Shown one piece after another: positions 1-11,539 of a stretch of 64,000 bases of DNA. Made by a program: the position numbers and the translations under genes. A model generated the notes under the pieces. It saw only the letters and a list, made by a program, of their open reading frames with translations, ran no database searches and was not told the origin of the DNA. Position 1 is the first letter of the stretch. Every line of letters begins with the position of its first letter. Origin of the DNA: Hemiscyllium ocellatum (lineage: Eukaryota); the NCBI RefSeq assembly GCF_020745735.1, contig NC_083409.1, forward strand, positions 15,223,873 to 15,287,872, read 5' to 3'.

Positions 1-99
1 CTGGATCTCTGGATGAACAGCTCAGCAATAGTACCATTAAATCATCACCTCCTTTATCTGATTTTTAGTTGCGAGTGAAAGCAAGAAGTTTGTTTCTGA

Positions 100-662
100 A
101 CAGGGTGCTTAGGAAAAGTACAACTGAAAGACTCCCAATTCATCCCAAAAAAGATTAGTTCCTTGAAAGTGGAGTTGCAGGTAGGTAGGGGGGTGACGAA
201 GTCATTTGGCATGCTTTCCTTTATTGGGCAATGCATTGAGTATTGGAGTTGGGAGCTGTTGCACCTGTACAGGACATCAGTTTGGCCCCTTTTGGAATAC
301 TGTGTGGAATTCTGGCCTTCCTGCTTTAGGAACATTGTTGGGAACATTAAAATGGTTCAGAAAAGATTTCCAAGGATGTTGCCAAGTTGGAGGGTTTGTG
401 CGATCAGGAGAGGCTGAATAGGCTGAGGCTATTTTCCCTGGATCGCTGGAGGCTGAGGGATGACCATATCGAGGTTTCTAACATCATGAGGGGCATTGAT
501 CAAATGAAACAAGAAGATATTTTGCTCAGAGTGAAGGATATGGGCCAAATGCTGACAAATGGGACTAGATTAATTTAGTTTATCTGGTCGGCATAGATGA
601 GTTGGACAGAAGGGTCTGTTTCTGTGCAGTACATCTCTCTGACTCTATGACTCTATGTCTCT
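100..662 (+). mobile_element. CR1 LINE 3' end (RT C-terminus and tail), degenerate
   Basis: ORF remnants VWPLLEYCVEFW and ERLNRLRLFSL, followed by a (GACTCTAT)-type tail. Confidence 0.85.
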
Positions 663-1379
663 GTGGCTGGCATGGATGAGTCAGATCAAAGAGTCTGTTT
701 CTAATTGTGACTCTAATTGTGTTTCAGTCAAGCCCTCAGCACCTCAGGCTCTCCCAAAACATTTACATTTTGTTTGAAAACCAGTCAATTTTGCAATTTC
801 AGGAATGGGCAGACAATTTCTACACAGCAAGATCCCACTGGAAGCAATGAGATCAAAGAGCATTCTTCATGATTTTGGTTCAAGGATAAATATTGTCCTG
901 AACTCAACCCAAAGAGAAAGTAATTTGGTTCAGTTGGATGGAAATTGAGAAAACGGAAGGGAAAGGAGAAGGTAGGATTGTAGTTAGTGATGGGATTGAT
1001 TGTTACCAGAAAATAAAAGGAAGGGACAGGAGTTTTGAATATCAAAGGGATCATAAAAGTGCAGGGAAATCAATAATAGATCAAACTTAAAGACTTTGTG
1101 TCTAAATGCACGAAACATTTCGAGTAAGGGAGAAAAATGATGTCACAAATCCAGGTAAATGTCTTCAAGGCCGAGATTGATAGATTCTTGTTGTCTCGAG
1201 GAATTAAGGGCTGCGGGGAGAACGCTGGTAAGTGGAGTTGAAATGCCCATCAGCCATGAGTGAATGGCGGAGTGGACTCGATGGGCCGAATGGCCTTACT
1301 TCCACTCCTATGTCTTATGGTCTTATGGTCTTATAAATTGAGTTTCCAAGGAATTTAAACTAGTTAAAGTGGAGGAGGG

Positions 1380-3915
1380 CTCTGGAGAGATTATTCAAGA
1401 TTCTAGAAGATGTAAAAGGACAGAGAGTGTGGAAAGGATCAGGTATCGAACGTAAAGCACAGCAGATAAGAGGACAATGATGGGAAGGAGGGCAGTCAAT
1501 GCAGGACTGAGGGTGTTGTACTTAAATGCACACAATATACACAATGAGCTTGTAGTGCAGATTGAAACTGGCAGGTACGATGTTGTGGGTATCACAGAGA
1601 CATGGCTGTAAGGGGATCCGGGCTGGGAACTAAATATCCAAGGATACATTTCCATCAAAAGGACAGGGAGATGGGCAGGGGGGAAGAGTTGGCTTGTTAG
1701 TAAGAAATGACTTTAAATCAATAGCAAGAAATGATACAGTCAGAAGGTGTAGAATCTGTGTGGGCAGAGTTGAGGAACCCAAGAAATAAAGAATCTGATG
1801 TAAGTTATGTTCAGGTCTCCAAGCAGTAACCAGGGTGTGGGGAAGAAAATCAATCAGGAGACAGAAAAGGGTAAAAACAATGACTGCAGATGCTGGAAAC
1901 CAGATTCTAGATTAGAGTGGTGCTGGATTGGTACAGCAGTTGAGGTAGCATCCGAGGAGCAGGAAAATCAACATTTCAGGTAAAAGCCCTTCATCAGGAA
2001 TAAAGGCAGACAGCCTGAAGGGTGGAGAGAAAAATGAGAGGAGGGTGGGGCTGCGGACAAAGTAGCATAGAGGACAATAGTTAAGTACAATAGGGGGTGG
2101 GAGGGTGGAGTGGATAGGTGCAAAAGAAGATAGGCAGGTAGGACAAGTTATGGAGACAGTGCTGAGCTGGAAGTTTGGAACTGGAGACAGAAAAGCCAAA
2201 TACAAAATGTTATGCAGACTTCAATGGATAGGTGGACTGGGTAGAGCATCTCAACAAAAGGATTTCATGGAATGTCTATGAGATGGTTTTTGAAACAGCT
2301 TGTGGTTGATCATTTGGAACAGGCAGTTTTGGATTCAGTGATGGGTAATGAGGCAAACTTGGTTAGTGAGCTGAAAATGAAAGTATCCCTCTGGATAAGT
2401 GACCATAATACGATAGAATTCCCCCTGCAGTTTGAGAGGGAGAAGCTGCAATCAGATGGAACAAGATTTCAATTGAGTAAAGGGAACGACAAAGACATGA
2501 GGAAGGAGCTGGCCAGAGTTGATTGGAAAGGGAGCCGAGCAGGTAAGATGGTGGGGCAGCAAATAGCAGGGCTTCTGGGGGTAATTCAGGAAGCAGAGCA
2601 GGAATTCATCCTGAAAAAGAAGGCACAGACTAAGGGGTGGACAAGGCAACCATGGCTGATGAGGGAGGTCAAGAACAGCATAAAAACAAAAGGAAAATGC
2701 ATACAATGTGGTGGAAAATAGTGGGAAGCCAGAGGATTAGGAAGTCTTTAAAAACTTGTAGAGGATAACTAAAAAAAAACATTCAGGGGACAGAAGGTGA
2801 AATGTGGGAGAAAGCGAACCAGTAATATAAAAGAAGATCGCAAGAGTTTCATCAGATATATAAAAAGGAAGAGGGAGGCAGAAATAGACATTGGAAAAAG
2901 AATAATAGGAAAATGAAGAAAAAGCCGAGGAATTGAATACATACATGACATCAGTCTGCACAATGGAAAACATCAGCAGTGTCCCAGTACTTCAAGACTG
3001 TCAGGGGTCAGAGGTGAGTGTAGTGGCCATCACTAAGGAGGAGGTACTGGGGAAGCTGGAAGGTCTGAGTGTGGATAACTCACCCAGACTGGATGAATTA
3101 CACCAGTGTGTTCTTAAGGAGATCACCGAGGAGATTGTGGGGACATTGATTCCTGAAAGATCATCACCAATGGAGTCAGGGTGTGGAGGTATTTTCTAAA
3201 TAAGGAACGCCTTTGGAGATCTAAAGCACAAACCTTATTCAGGTTTCTCTTAAGGTTAACAGGCAGATGCAGTTTGTGCTTGGGAAGGAAAATGAAATGT
3301 TTGCATTCATTTCAATAGTGCCAGAATACAAGGGCAGAGATGTACTGCTGAGGCTGTGTAAGGCTCTGGTCAGACTGAATTTGGAATATTGTGAGCAGAT
3401 TTAGGATCCATATTGTAAGAAACAATGTGCTGGCATTGGAGGGGTTTACAAGAATGATCCTGGGGATGAAGGGTTTGTCATATGAGGCATTGTTGAGGAC
3501 TCTGGGTCTGTACTCAATGGAGTTTAGAAGCATGAGGAGGGACCTTATTGAAATTTACAGAATACTGATAGGCCTGGATAGAGTGGATGTGGAGAAGATG
3601 TTTCCAAAAACAGGAGAGACGAGGTAACCAAGGCACAGCCTCAGAATGAAGGGCCGACCCTTTCGAGCTGAAATGAGGAGGAATTTCTTCAGCCAGAGGG
3701 TGGTGAATCTGTGGAACTCATTGTTACAGAGGGTAGGGAGGCCAAGTCACTGAGTGTATTAAAGACAGAGATAGATAGGTTCATGTTTGTAAAGGGGATA
3801 GAATGTTCCTGTGGAGTAGGCAGGAGAATGGGGGTGAGAAGCATATCTGCCAAGGTCAAATGGCAGAGCAGATTCCATAGGCTGAATGGCTGATTTCTGC
3901 GCCTATTACTTAAAG
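1380..3915 (+). mobile_element. Degenerate CR1 LINE ORF2 (AP-endonuclease + RT)
   Basis: GLRVLYLNA...DVVGITETW endonuclease motif, RT fragments (GLSVDNSPRLDELH, GMKGLSYEALLRTLGLYS) and a CR1 3' UTR. Homologous to the minus-strand copies at 40640-42300 and 44617-45900. Confidence 0.85.
1870..2182 (-). mobile_element. 5'-truncated Penelope-like element fragment with 13-bp TSD
   Basis: GGAGACAGAAAAG at 1857-1869 and 2183-2195. The minus strand carries CTGATGAAGGGCTTTTACCTGAAATG, a hammerhead relic and PLE tail. Confidence 0.75.
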
Positions 3916-4059
3916 TCTTCTGGAGAATTTCCCCAAAACCCCGGAACACTGAACCCACTGGACTGTGAGCCCTGCTGTAGCTGTTTGTCATCAGAACTCT
4001 GCAAAGAGATAATCCAAGAGTGGAAAGAGTGTGCATCCATGTGGGAACTTCAGAATGTT

Positions 4060-4350
4060 TCCCCGGTCCTGGAATACCATGAGCACAGGAAGTGAGGTCA
4101 GTGACAGCAGTTGGAACTCCGGGTTTCGGAGCTTGAGCAGCAGCTGGTGTCAGTGAGGAACGTCCGTGAGGCTGAGAGCTCCGTGGAGAGCACGTTTCTA
4201 GATGTGGTCACTCTGCAGCTTCAGAATATGCAGGGAGAGAGGGAATGGGGAAGCAGCAGACAGTCCAAAAGTCCCCTGAGTGCATCCCACTCTCCAACCA
4301 GGATTCAGTTCAGAATCCTGATGAGAATGTTGAGAATAGGGGTCTTTAGT
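4060..4350 (+). mobile_element. CR1 ORF1 N-terminal fragment
   Basis: ELRVSELEQQLVSVR coiled-coil-like motif. Paralogous copy at 39780-40140 (-). Confidence 0.65.
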
Positions 4351-4465
4351 TTCTGAATATAGTTTGGGGTAGCAGCAGTGTAATGGGCAGAGAGGGGCCA
4401 GAGTTGCGAGAGTGTGTTCAGGTGAATTTTCAGGAGGCATCGGTGGCTTTGTGATGGTTCCGGTG

Positions 4466-4773
4466 GGGCAGCACGGTGGCTCAGTGGTTAGCACTGCAGC
4501 CTCACAGTACCAGGGTCCCAGGTTCAATTCCAGCCTTGGGTGAGTGGAGTTTGCACATTCTCCCTATGTCTGCGTGGGTTTCCTCCGAGTGCTCTGGTTT
4601 CCTCCCATGGTCCAAAGATGTGCAGGTCAGGTGAATTGTCCATGCTAAATTGTCCATAGTGTTAGATGATTTACAGAGAGGGAAATAGGTCCGGGTGGGT
4701 TACTCTTCGGAGGATCGGTGTGGACTTGTTGGGCCGAAGGACCTGTTTCCACACTGTAGAGAATCTAATCTAA
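4466..4773 (+). mobile_element. tRNA-derived V-SINE (HE1-like)
   Basis: A/B-box head gcacggtggctcagtggttagcactgc, V-domain gtggagtttgcacattctcc...gggtttcctcc, and a TAATC tail. Confidence 0.9.
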
Positions 4774-4779
4774 TTAGTG

Positions 4780-6855
4780 GCAGCGAAGAAGGCTGTCTAA
4801 GAATACAATGGAATCTTGACCAACTGGGCCAGTGGGCTGAGGAATGGCAGATGGAGTTTAATTCAGATAAATGTGAGTGCTATATTTGGGTAAGACACAA
4901 GACGTGGGTGAGATCCCAAACAAATATTTCAGGTCAGTATTTGTTATGGAGAAAGCTAGGGAATTTGTAAAAATAGTGATGACTTGAAAAGAGACCACAC
5001 ACAAATGAGGAGATGCAAAAGATCTTAAAACACATAAAGGTAGATTAACCCTAGGACCTGATCATGTGTATCCCAGAACAGTGTGGGAAACTAGGGAAGA
5101 GATTGCTGGGCCCCTTGCTGAGATATGTGTATTACTGACAACCATGGGTAAGGTGCTAGAGAACCAGAGAGGTTGGCTAATTAGATTAGATTAGATTAGA
5201 TTACTTACAGTGTGGAAACAGGCCCTTTGGCCCAACAAGTCCACACCGACCCCCCAAAGCACACCCTCCCAGACCCATTCCCCTACATTTACCCCTGCAC
5301 CTAACACTACGGGCAATTTAGCATGGCCAATTCACCTAACCTGCACATTTTTTGACTGTGGGAGGAAACCAGGGCACCCGGAGGAAACCCAAGCAGACTC
5401 CGGGAGAATGTGCAAACTCCACACAGTCGGTTGCCTAAGGCGGGAATAATGTTATGCCATTATTTGAGAAAGACTGTAAGGAAAAGCCAGGGAACTATAA
5501 ACCAGTGAGCCTGATGTCAGTGCTGGGTAAGATGTTGGAGTGGATTCTGTGGGTTAGGATTTACGTTCTTTGGATAATCAATGTGGTTTTATGCATAGAA
5601 AATCATGTCTCCTGAATTTGATTGAGGAAGTGACAAAGAAGATTGATGAAGACAGAGCAGTAAACATTGTCTATATGGACTTTAGCAAAGTGTTTGACAA
5701 AGTTCCACATGATAGACTGGTTCGCAAGGTTAGACCACATGGGATCCAGTGGGAGTGAGCCATTGGGGTAAAAAAATTGGATTGAAGATAGGAGACAGAG
5801 AGTGTTGGTAAAGGGTTGTTTTTCAGACTGGAAATCTGTGAATAGCTGTGTGCCACAAGCATTGGTGCTGGGTTCACTGCTTTTGTCTTTTAAAGAAATG
5901 ATTTGGATGTGAATATAGGAGTTACAGTAAGTTTGTAGATGACATCAAAATTGGCGTGATAGTGGATAGTGAAGTAATTCATCTCAGGGTACAGCGGGAT
6001 CTTGATCAGATGGGGCAATGGGCAGAGGTGTAGCAAATGGAGTTCTGTTTAGTTAAATGCGAGATGTTACATTTTGGAAAGGCAAACCAAGGCAGGAGTT
6101 ATACAGTTAATGGGAGGGCCCTGTGGAGTGTTGCTGAACAAAGAAACCTAGGGGTGAAGATGCAGGTGGATTATTCCTTGAAAGTGGGGTCACAGGTAGA
6201 CAGGGTGATGAAGAAGGTGTTGGGTACGCTTGCCTTTATTGGTCACTGCATTGAGTACAGGAGTTGGGACATCATGGTGCAGCTGTACAGGAGATTGGTG
6301 AGGCCACTTTGGGAATGATGTGAACAATTCTGATCATTCTGCGATAGGAAGGATGTTGTTAAACTTAAAAAGCTGCAGGAAATATTTACAAGGACATGGC
6401 CTGGAATTTGAGGGTTTGAGCTACGGGGAAAGGCTGATGAAACTGTGGCTATTTTTCCTGCAGCATTCAAGGCTGAGGGATGGCCTTATAGATGTGTATA
6501 AAACCATGAGGGGCATGGACAGGTTGCATATCCAAGGTCTTTTCCTTTGGAAAGGGAGTCCAAAACAAGAGGGCATAGGTTTAAGGCGAGAGGCAAAAGA
6601 TTCAAAAGGGATCTGAGCGGTAACTTGTCACACAGAGGGTGGTATGTGTATGGATCGAGTTGCCAGAGAAAGTGTTGGAGGCAGATACAATTACAGCATT
6701 TAAAACACATTGGGTTGGGTACACGGATAGGAAGGGTTTTGAGGGATGTAAGCCGAATGCTGGTTAATAGGATGAGGTCATTTAGGATATCTGGTTACCA
6801 CGGACAAGTTGGACTGAAAGGTCTGTTTCCACGCTGTATGACTCCATGACTATAA
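4780..6855 (+). mobile_element. Degenerate CR1 RT fragment(s) with nested SINE
   Basis: QCGFMHRKSCLLNLIE, VYMDFSKVFDKVPH and LYRRLVRPLWE motifs, ending in a CR1 tail. Confidence 0.85.
5181..5447 (-). mobile_element. V-SINE, 5'-truncated
   Basis: (TTAGA)n tail followed by the reverse complement of the V-SINE body. Confidence 0.9.
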
Positions 6856-7526
6856 GACGCTGGAAAAGCTGAGACTTTTTACTCTGATGCGTAAGAGTCT
6901 GAGGAGTGACTTATAAACCTTATAGAGGTTTATAAAATCATGAGGGTCATAGAAAATGTGAATAAATCAGGAAGGAGGTGACGTTTTGTAGAAATGGCAA
7001 AAGAAATTCCCAAAGATCATTTCAGGGATGAGGAACATCAGTTATGAAGAGAGATTGGAGAATTTGGGACTGTCTTCTTTGGAGAAGGCTGAGAGGAGAT
7101 TTGTTCGAGGAATTAAAACCAGGAGGGGCCTGGACACAGTAAATAGGGAGAAAATGTTCCCAACTGAGAAATAATTGAGAGGGAGAGGCCATGGATTGAA
7201 AATAATTGGGAAAAGTAACAAAAGTGAGATAGGGAACAACATTTTCAGGTAGTGTTTGGTTAAGGTGTGGAATGCACTGCCTGAGAGTGTGGTGGAGGCA
7301 GCTTCAATTGAAACATTCCAAAAGGAATGAGACTATTATTCAAAAAGGAACAATGTGCAGGTGACAGGGAGAAGGCAGCAGAATGACACTCAGTGAATTG
7401 CTCATTCGGAGAGCCAGTACAGACAGGATGGACAGAATGGCCTCCTTGTGCACTGTAACAATTCTCTGATTGTGTGATTGAGCAGAGTTAAAGCTGGGGG
7501 AGGTGGGAGCTCGGTGTCTCACTGTG

Positions 7527-7553
7527 CTGCTGCTGCTGCTGCTGCTGCTGCTG
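7527..7553. repeat. (CTG)9 trinucleotide repeat in J-C intron of cluster 1
   Basis: Counted directly; the paralogue is (CAG)12 at 38398-38433. Confidence 0.95.
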
Positions 7554-7925
7554 AGGTCAGTGAGATCAGAGACTGGGACAGGGAGCCAGAGCTCACATCA
7601 AACTCTACCCGTGTCCGTCACACTGAGACTGGCAGGAGGCTACTCACTGATTTCACTCCATGCTGCAGGAATGGGACCACAGGCTGCAAATGGACAGAGC
7701 TCCTCCACACGGTGAGTAAAACTTACTGACTTATATCTTGCTTTTAAAGGGGGCAATGGAACTAAAGAAATACAGGTGGATACGCTGTTAGACACAGTGC
7801 TCTTCAATCAACCATTTCATTCACTGCAGCTCCCTACTAACACCGTCAACAATTCAGCATTTGTGTTTTAGAAAGTGTGTTTCAGTATTGACAGGGTTAC
7901 TAACATTGGATTGAGGTTTACTTAC

Positions 7926-7960
7926 TCAGTCTGAGCTTGGTTCCTTTACCGAACGTAAGC
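7926..7960 (-). CDS. IGKJ: Ig kappa J segment, cluster 1 (LTFGKGTKLRL)
   Basis: FGxG motif, flanked by the 23-RSS and a GTAAGT donor at 7925-7920. Identical in sequence to J2. Confidence 0.96.
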
Positions 7961-7999
7961 CACAGTGAGAGCTCCCAGTGCAGAGGCTGTACAAAAACC
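7961..7999 (-). other. 23-bp-spacer RSS of J1
   Basis: Plus strand: CACAGTG 7961-7967, a 23-nt spacer, then ACAAAAACC 7991-7999. Confidence 0.98.
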
Positions 8000-8433
8000 T
8001 CTGCTCTCTGCTTCCCCCCATCACTCTCAACCTCTCCCAGTCTCTCGTTCACTCTCACCCTCTTTCTGCCCCTCTCTGTCTCTCCCTCATTCATGTGTCT
8101 TTGTTTCTCTGTCTCTGTCTCTTTCTCTCTGGGTTGTGTGCAGCTGGGCTTGGGAGAGTTGTGAAATTCGATGTTAAATCTTGCAGCTGTTCTTCACACG
8201 CGGCCACGAAGTGTAAGAGTGAAACTTGAGGCCTTCAGTGAGCGGTGGACACCACAGGGACTGGAGTGTGTCGTGGACAGTGACAATCCCAGCATGGGGT
8301 AATTTGCTCAGTTTCATTTACATCTAACTGTCGGATATGTCAGTTCAGATGGTGGGACTGTATGTGTCCAATATTATTCATTTTATATAACTCTGGGATG
8401 TATCAGTGCAGGAGTTGGTGCTGTGTGTGTTGA

Positions 8434-8461
8434 GGTTTTTGTATGGCTCTGTATCACTGTG
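8434..8461 (-). other. 12-bp-spacer RSS of V1
   Basis: Minus strand: CACAGTG (8461-8455) + ATACAGAGCCAT (12 nt) + ACAAAAACC (8442-8434). Both motifs are consensus. Confidence 0.98.
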
Positions 8462-8993
8462 AAGGCCAGCTGCTATGCTGCATACAGTAATAGTCAGCGA
8501 CATCCTCATTCTGAACGTTGCTGATTTTCAGGGTAAAACTGGTCCCTGATCCACTGCCGGTGAATCGATCGGAGACTCCTGTGAATCGATTTGTTGCATA
8601 ATAGATCAGGAGAGAGGGCTTCTGACCTTCTCGTTGTTGGTACCAATCAAGGGAGCTGCTAATGCTTTGACTGGCCGTACAGGTGAGTGTTGCGGTCTGG
8701 CCCCGTCCCACTGACAGCACCGGAGGAGACTGGGTCATGGTGATGTCCCCACTGATACCTGAGGGATCAGAGAGAAACACAGTGAAGTCAGAACTGTCAC
8801 AGAAAGAGCCTGTCAAATGAGAGATTGTTGGAGACACTGAGCATTCCTCTGGTTTCAGCATTTTCCCTTCAATCACAAGTCAGTGGAATTGGAGTGAAAT
8901 GGAGAGCAGCTAAAGATTCAAGGTGGAAGGAGAGAGATTTGTACCTGCGACACAGAATGCCAGGGGCCAGATCAGCTGGATGTGTGAAATCAT
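8462..8993 (-). CDS. IGKV: Ig kappa-type (NS4-like) V gene, cluster 1: leader exon 8993-8945, 186-bp intron, V exon 8758-8462
   Basis: The leader [17 protein letters not shown] ends at a GT donor (8944-8943), and there is an AG acceptor at 8760-8759. The V exon reads [23 protein letters not shown]...WYQQ...[14 protein letters not shown], is open, carries the canonical Cys/Trp/Cys, and is followed by a perfect 12-RSS. Confidence 0.97.
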
Positions 8994-9053
8994 GGTGTGT
9001 GCTCCTGTCCCTGTGCCTGGTTCCTAATAAACTCTCCCTTCACTGGGCTCTGC

Positions 9054-9144
9054 TTTATAAAGCTGCAGCCTGTGAGAGTCTGACTGGGTGTTCCTCAGTA
9101 TGTAAATGGCATCAGGCAGGGAGGGCCATGTCAGTCCCTCACAC

Positions 9145-9150
<6 letters not shown>
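9054..9150 (-). promoter_or_regulatory. V1 promoter: TATA box, variant octamer, Ets/PU boxes
   Basis: TTTATAAA 9054-9061; ATTTACAT (plus-strand ATGTAAAT 9100-9107); GAGGAA 9096-9091; GAGGAAGTG 9150-9142. V2 has the same layout. Confidence 0.8.

Positions 9151-9176
<26 letters not shown>
9148..9176. repeat. (CT)n microsatellite abutting the V1 promoter
   Basis: Seen directly; a shorter (AG)n counterpart lies at ~36812-36824. Confidence 0.9.
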
Positions 9177-9178
<2 letters not shown>

Positions 9179-10099
9179 AGAATCATTGATGTGAACAGCA
9201 CTGAATGAGGCCATTTGGCCCATTGTATCTGTGCTGTTAAAGAAAGATCTGATGACACTAATCTCATCCTCCAGCTCTTGGTCCATTATCCTGGAGTCTG
9301 CAGCAACACAAGGGAATATCTAATCACTGCTCCACTGTCACGAGAGTTTGTGACTCAACCAGCCTTTCAGGCAGTGAGTTCCAGACTCCCACCACCCTCT
9401 GGTTGAAAACATTTCTCCTCAATTCTCCTCTCTCTCTCGAACTCGACTGGGCTTGGACTCACTCGAATTCAGATGGATGTATAAAATTCTAACAGGGCTG
9501 GGCAGGGACGAGGTTTCCCCTGGTTGGGAAGTCTGGAACCAGGGGACACAGTCTCAGGGGGATACAGGGTAGTCCATTTTTGGACTGAGATGAGGAAACA
9601 TTTCTTCACTCAGAGGGTGGTCAACCTGTGGAATTCTCTTCACTGAAGGCTGTGGAGGATAAGGAACTGAATATATTCAAGAAAAAGAGAGAGATAATTG
9701 TTTGCATTTTAACAGCATGAAGGGAATAGGGAGAAAGCACGAATATGGCTTTGAGATAGAGGATCAGCCATGATCATACTGAATGACAGAACAGGCTCAA
9801 AGGGCTGAATGGCCAACTCCTGCAGCAGTTTCTATGTGTCCATGTCTGTGTTACCTACAATCTCTGTCCCAGGTTACTGAGTCCTTGTCTCATGCAAAAA
9901 GTGTCTTCCTACCCACCCTATCACTGCTCCGAATATTCTTATCCCTCTCTATCAGGTCCCATCTCAGCCGTCACTGCTCCAAGGAAAACAACCCCAACCT
10001 TTCCAATCTTTTCTCAAAGCTCAGATTCAGTCAGCATCCTGGGAAATCTCCCCTGTACCCTCTCAGGTACAATCACATCCTTCCGAGAATGTGGTGACC

Positions 10100-10775
10100 A
10101 GGACATGTCCCTCTCTCTCTGTCTCACATCTGCCACATCTTTCTCTCCACCACTCTCTCCCCCACTGTTAATCGCTCATGTTTTCTCTCTCTCTTTCTCA
10201 CACTCTTGTCTCATAGTCACTCCCTCCAACTCACTGATGATTGCTCACTCCATTTCATAATCTCTGTTTCTCCATCTCTCTGTCTCTGTCACTCGCTCCC
10301 TCTCTCACTTCAATTAAAAGCCTCCAACTGTTATCTTTCCCTCTATATTCCTCCCTCTGTCTCTCTCCCTCCCTCTCTACATCCCAATCTACAGTCGCTC
10401 TCCCTCCCTCTCTATCATTCTGTACCTACCCATACTCATCTCTCTCTCTCTCTCTCACACACACACTCCACCCTACCCTCTCTGTCAATTCTCTTCATGC
10501 TTAGTCTCACACCCATCCTATCTCTCACTCTCTCTCTCTCTCACCTTATCTCTTTGTCTCTCTCCATCCCTATCAGTCACACTGTCTCACATCTTGTTTC
10601 TCTCTCTTTATCCCTCAACTTCACCATTACGACCTCCCTTTACCTCTCTTTTGGTTTCATCACATATCTCACACTGTCTCAGATGTTCCTCCCTCCCTCT
10701 CTCTCTCTCACTCAAACACAAACCCAGACACTCTCATTCTATCTCTCTCTCTGTCTCGCTTCTCTCTCTTTCTGA
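10100..10775. repeat. Long degenerate CT-rich polypyrimidine tract
   Basis: Low-complexity TC/CA sequence; the counterpart GA-rich tract is at ~35520-35860. Confidence 0.85.
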
Positions 10776-11539
10776 CAGTGTCCTGGGTGGTGACAGTTAA
10801 ATGCAGGATAAATCTCCCTCTGCTCTGCCCCACAAATGGATGTTACCCCTTGACCCCTGTCTTCTCCTGGAATAAAGCCCCATTTCCCACAATGACCAGG
10901 GTTTGGTCTGTCTCGGGAAGATGGACGATTCTTGTGAAATGAAGGGCAGTTCTGTGCTGTTCTGTTCTGTTGGCCTGTTCTCACTGGGGACTGGTTTGGA
11001 CACAAACCTCATTCCATGAAGGCCCAGCAGAGAGAGGAGATCCTCAGGCCATCAGTGTGAGCTGGAGGGACAGGACAGACTCTGACCTACTGACCCATCC
11101 TGTCCATTCACAACATGTTCCAATCCCTTCCCCTCTCCTTCCCCTTCCACAGTCAGTCTTTTCTGAAATGGAGTGGTCCCTTCCCTGTCTCACACCAAGG
11201 AGGAGATGGACAGATATTTAATGGGTAATGGGTTAAAGGATGATGGAGAGTGGGCAGGAATGTGGAGTTGAGTCTGAGATGGGATCAGCCATGATTGTAT
11301 TAAATGGTGGAGTGGGCTCTAGGGGCTGAATTGCCTGCTCCTGCTCCTAGTTCTTATGTTCCTCACCCCCTCCCCCATTCCTCTTACTGCAACTTTGTGA
11401 ACCATCTCGGACCGTTTTGAACATTGAAGGTGCTATGTGACTTCAAGATTTGTGTGGATTTAATGTGGGGACAAAATTGTGCAGGGGGCTGTGATAGCTC
11501 CTGCAGTTGGATATCCTACTGGCAACCTCCAGCCTTCCA

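Noticed and set aside
7503-7715. ORF MGARCLTVLLLLLLLLLRS resembling a signal peptide (also 38221-38457)
   Set aside because: It starts at GTG, the poly-Leu is just the CTG repeat, and the two copies shift frame downstream. There is no evidence of a protein.
8454-8876. ORF-track N-terminus [12 protein letters not shown]... as the true V start; alternative identity as TCR, IgNAR or lambda
   Set aside because: The extension is intron read-through and the real leader is the upstream exon. V-12/J-23 RSS polarity, the FGKGTKL J and the C sequence indicate kappa.
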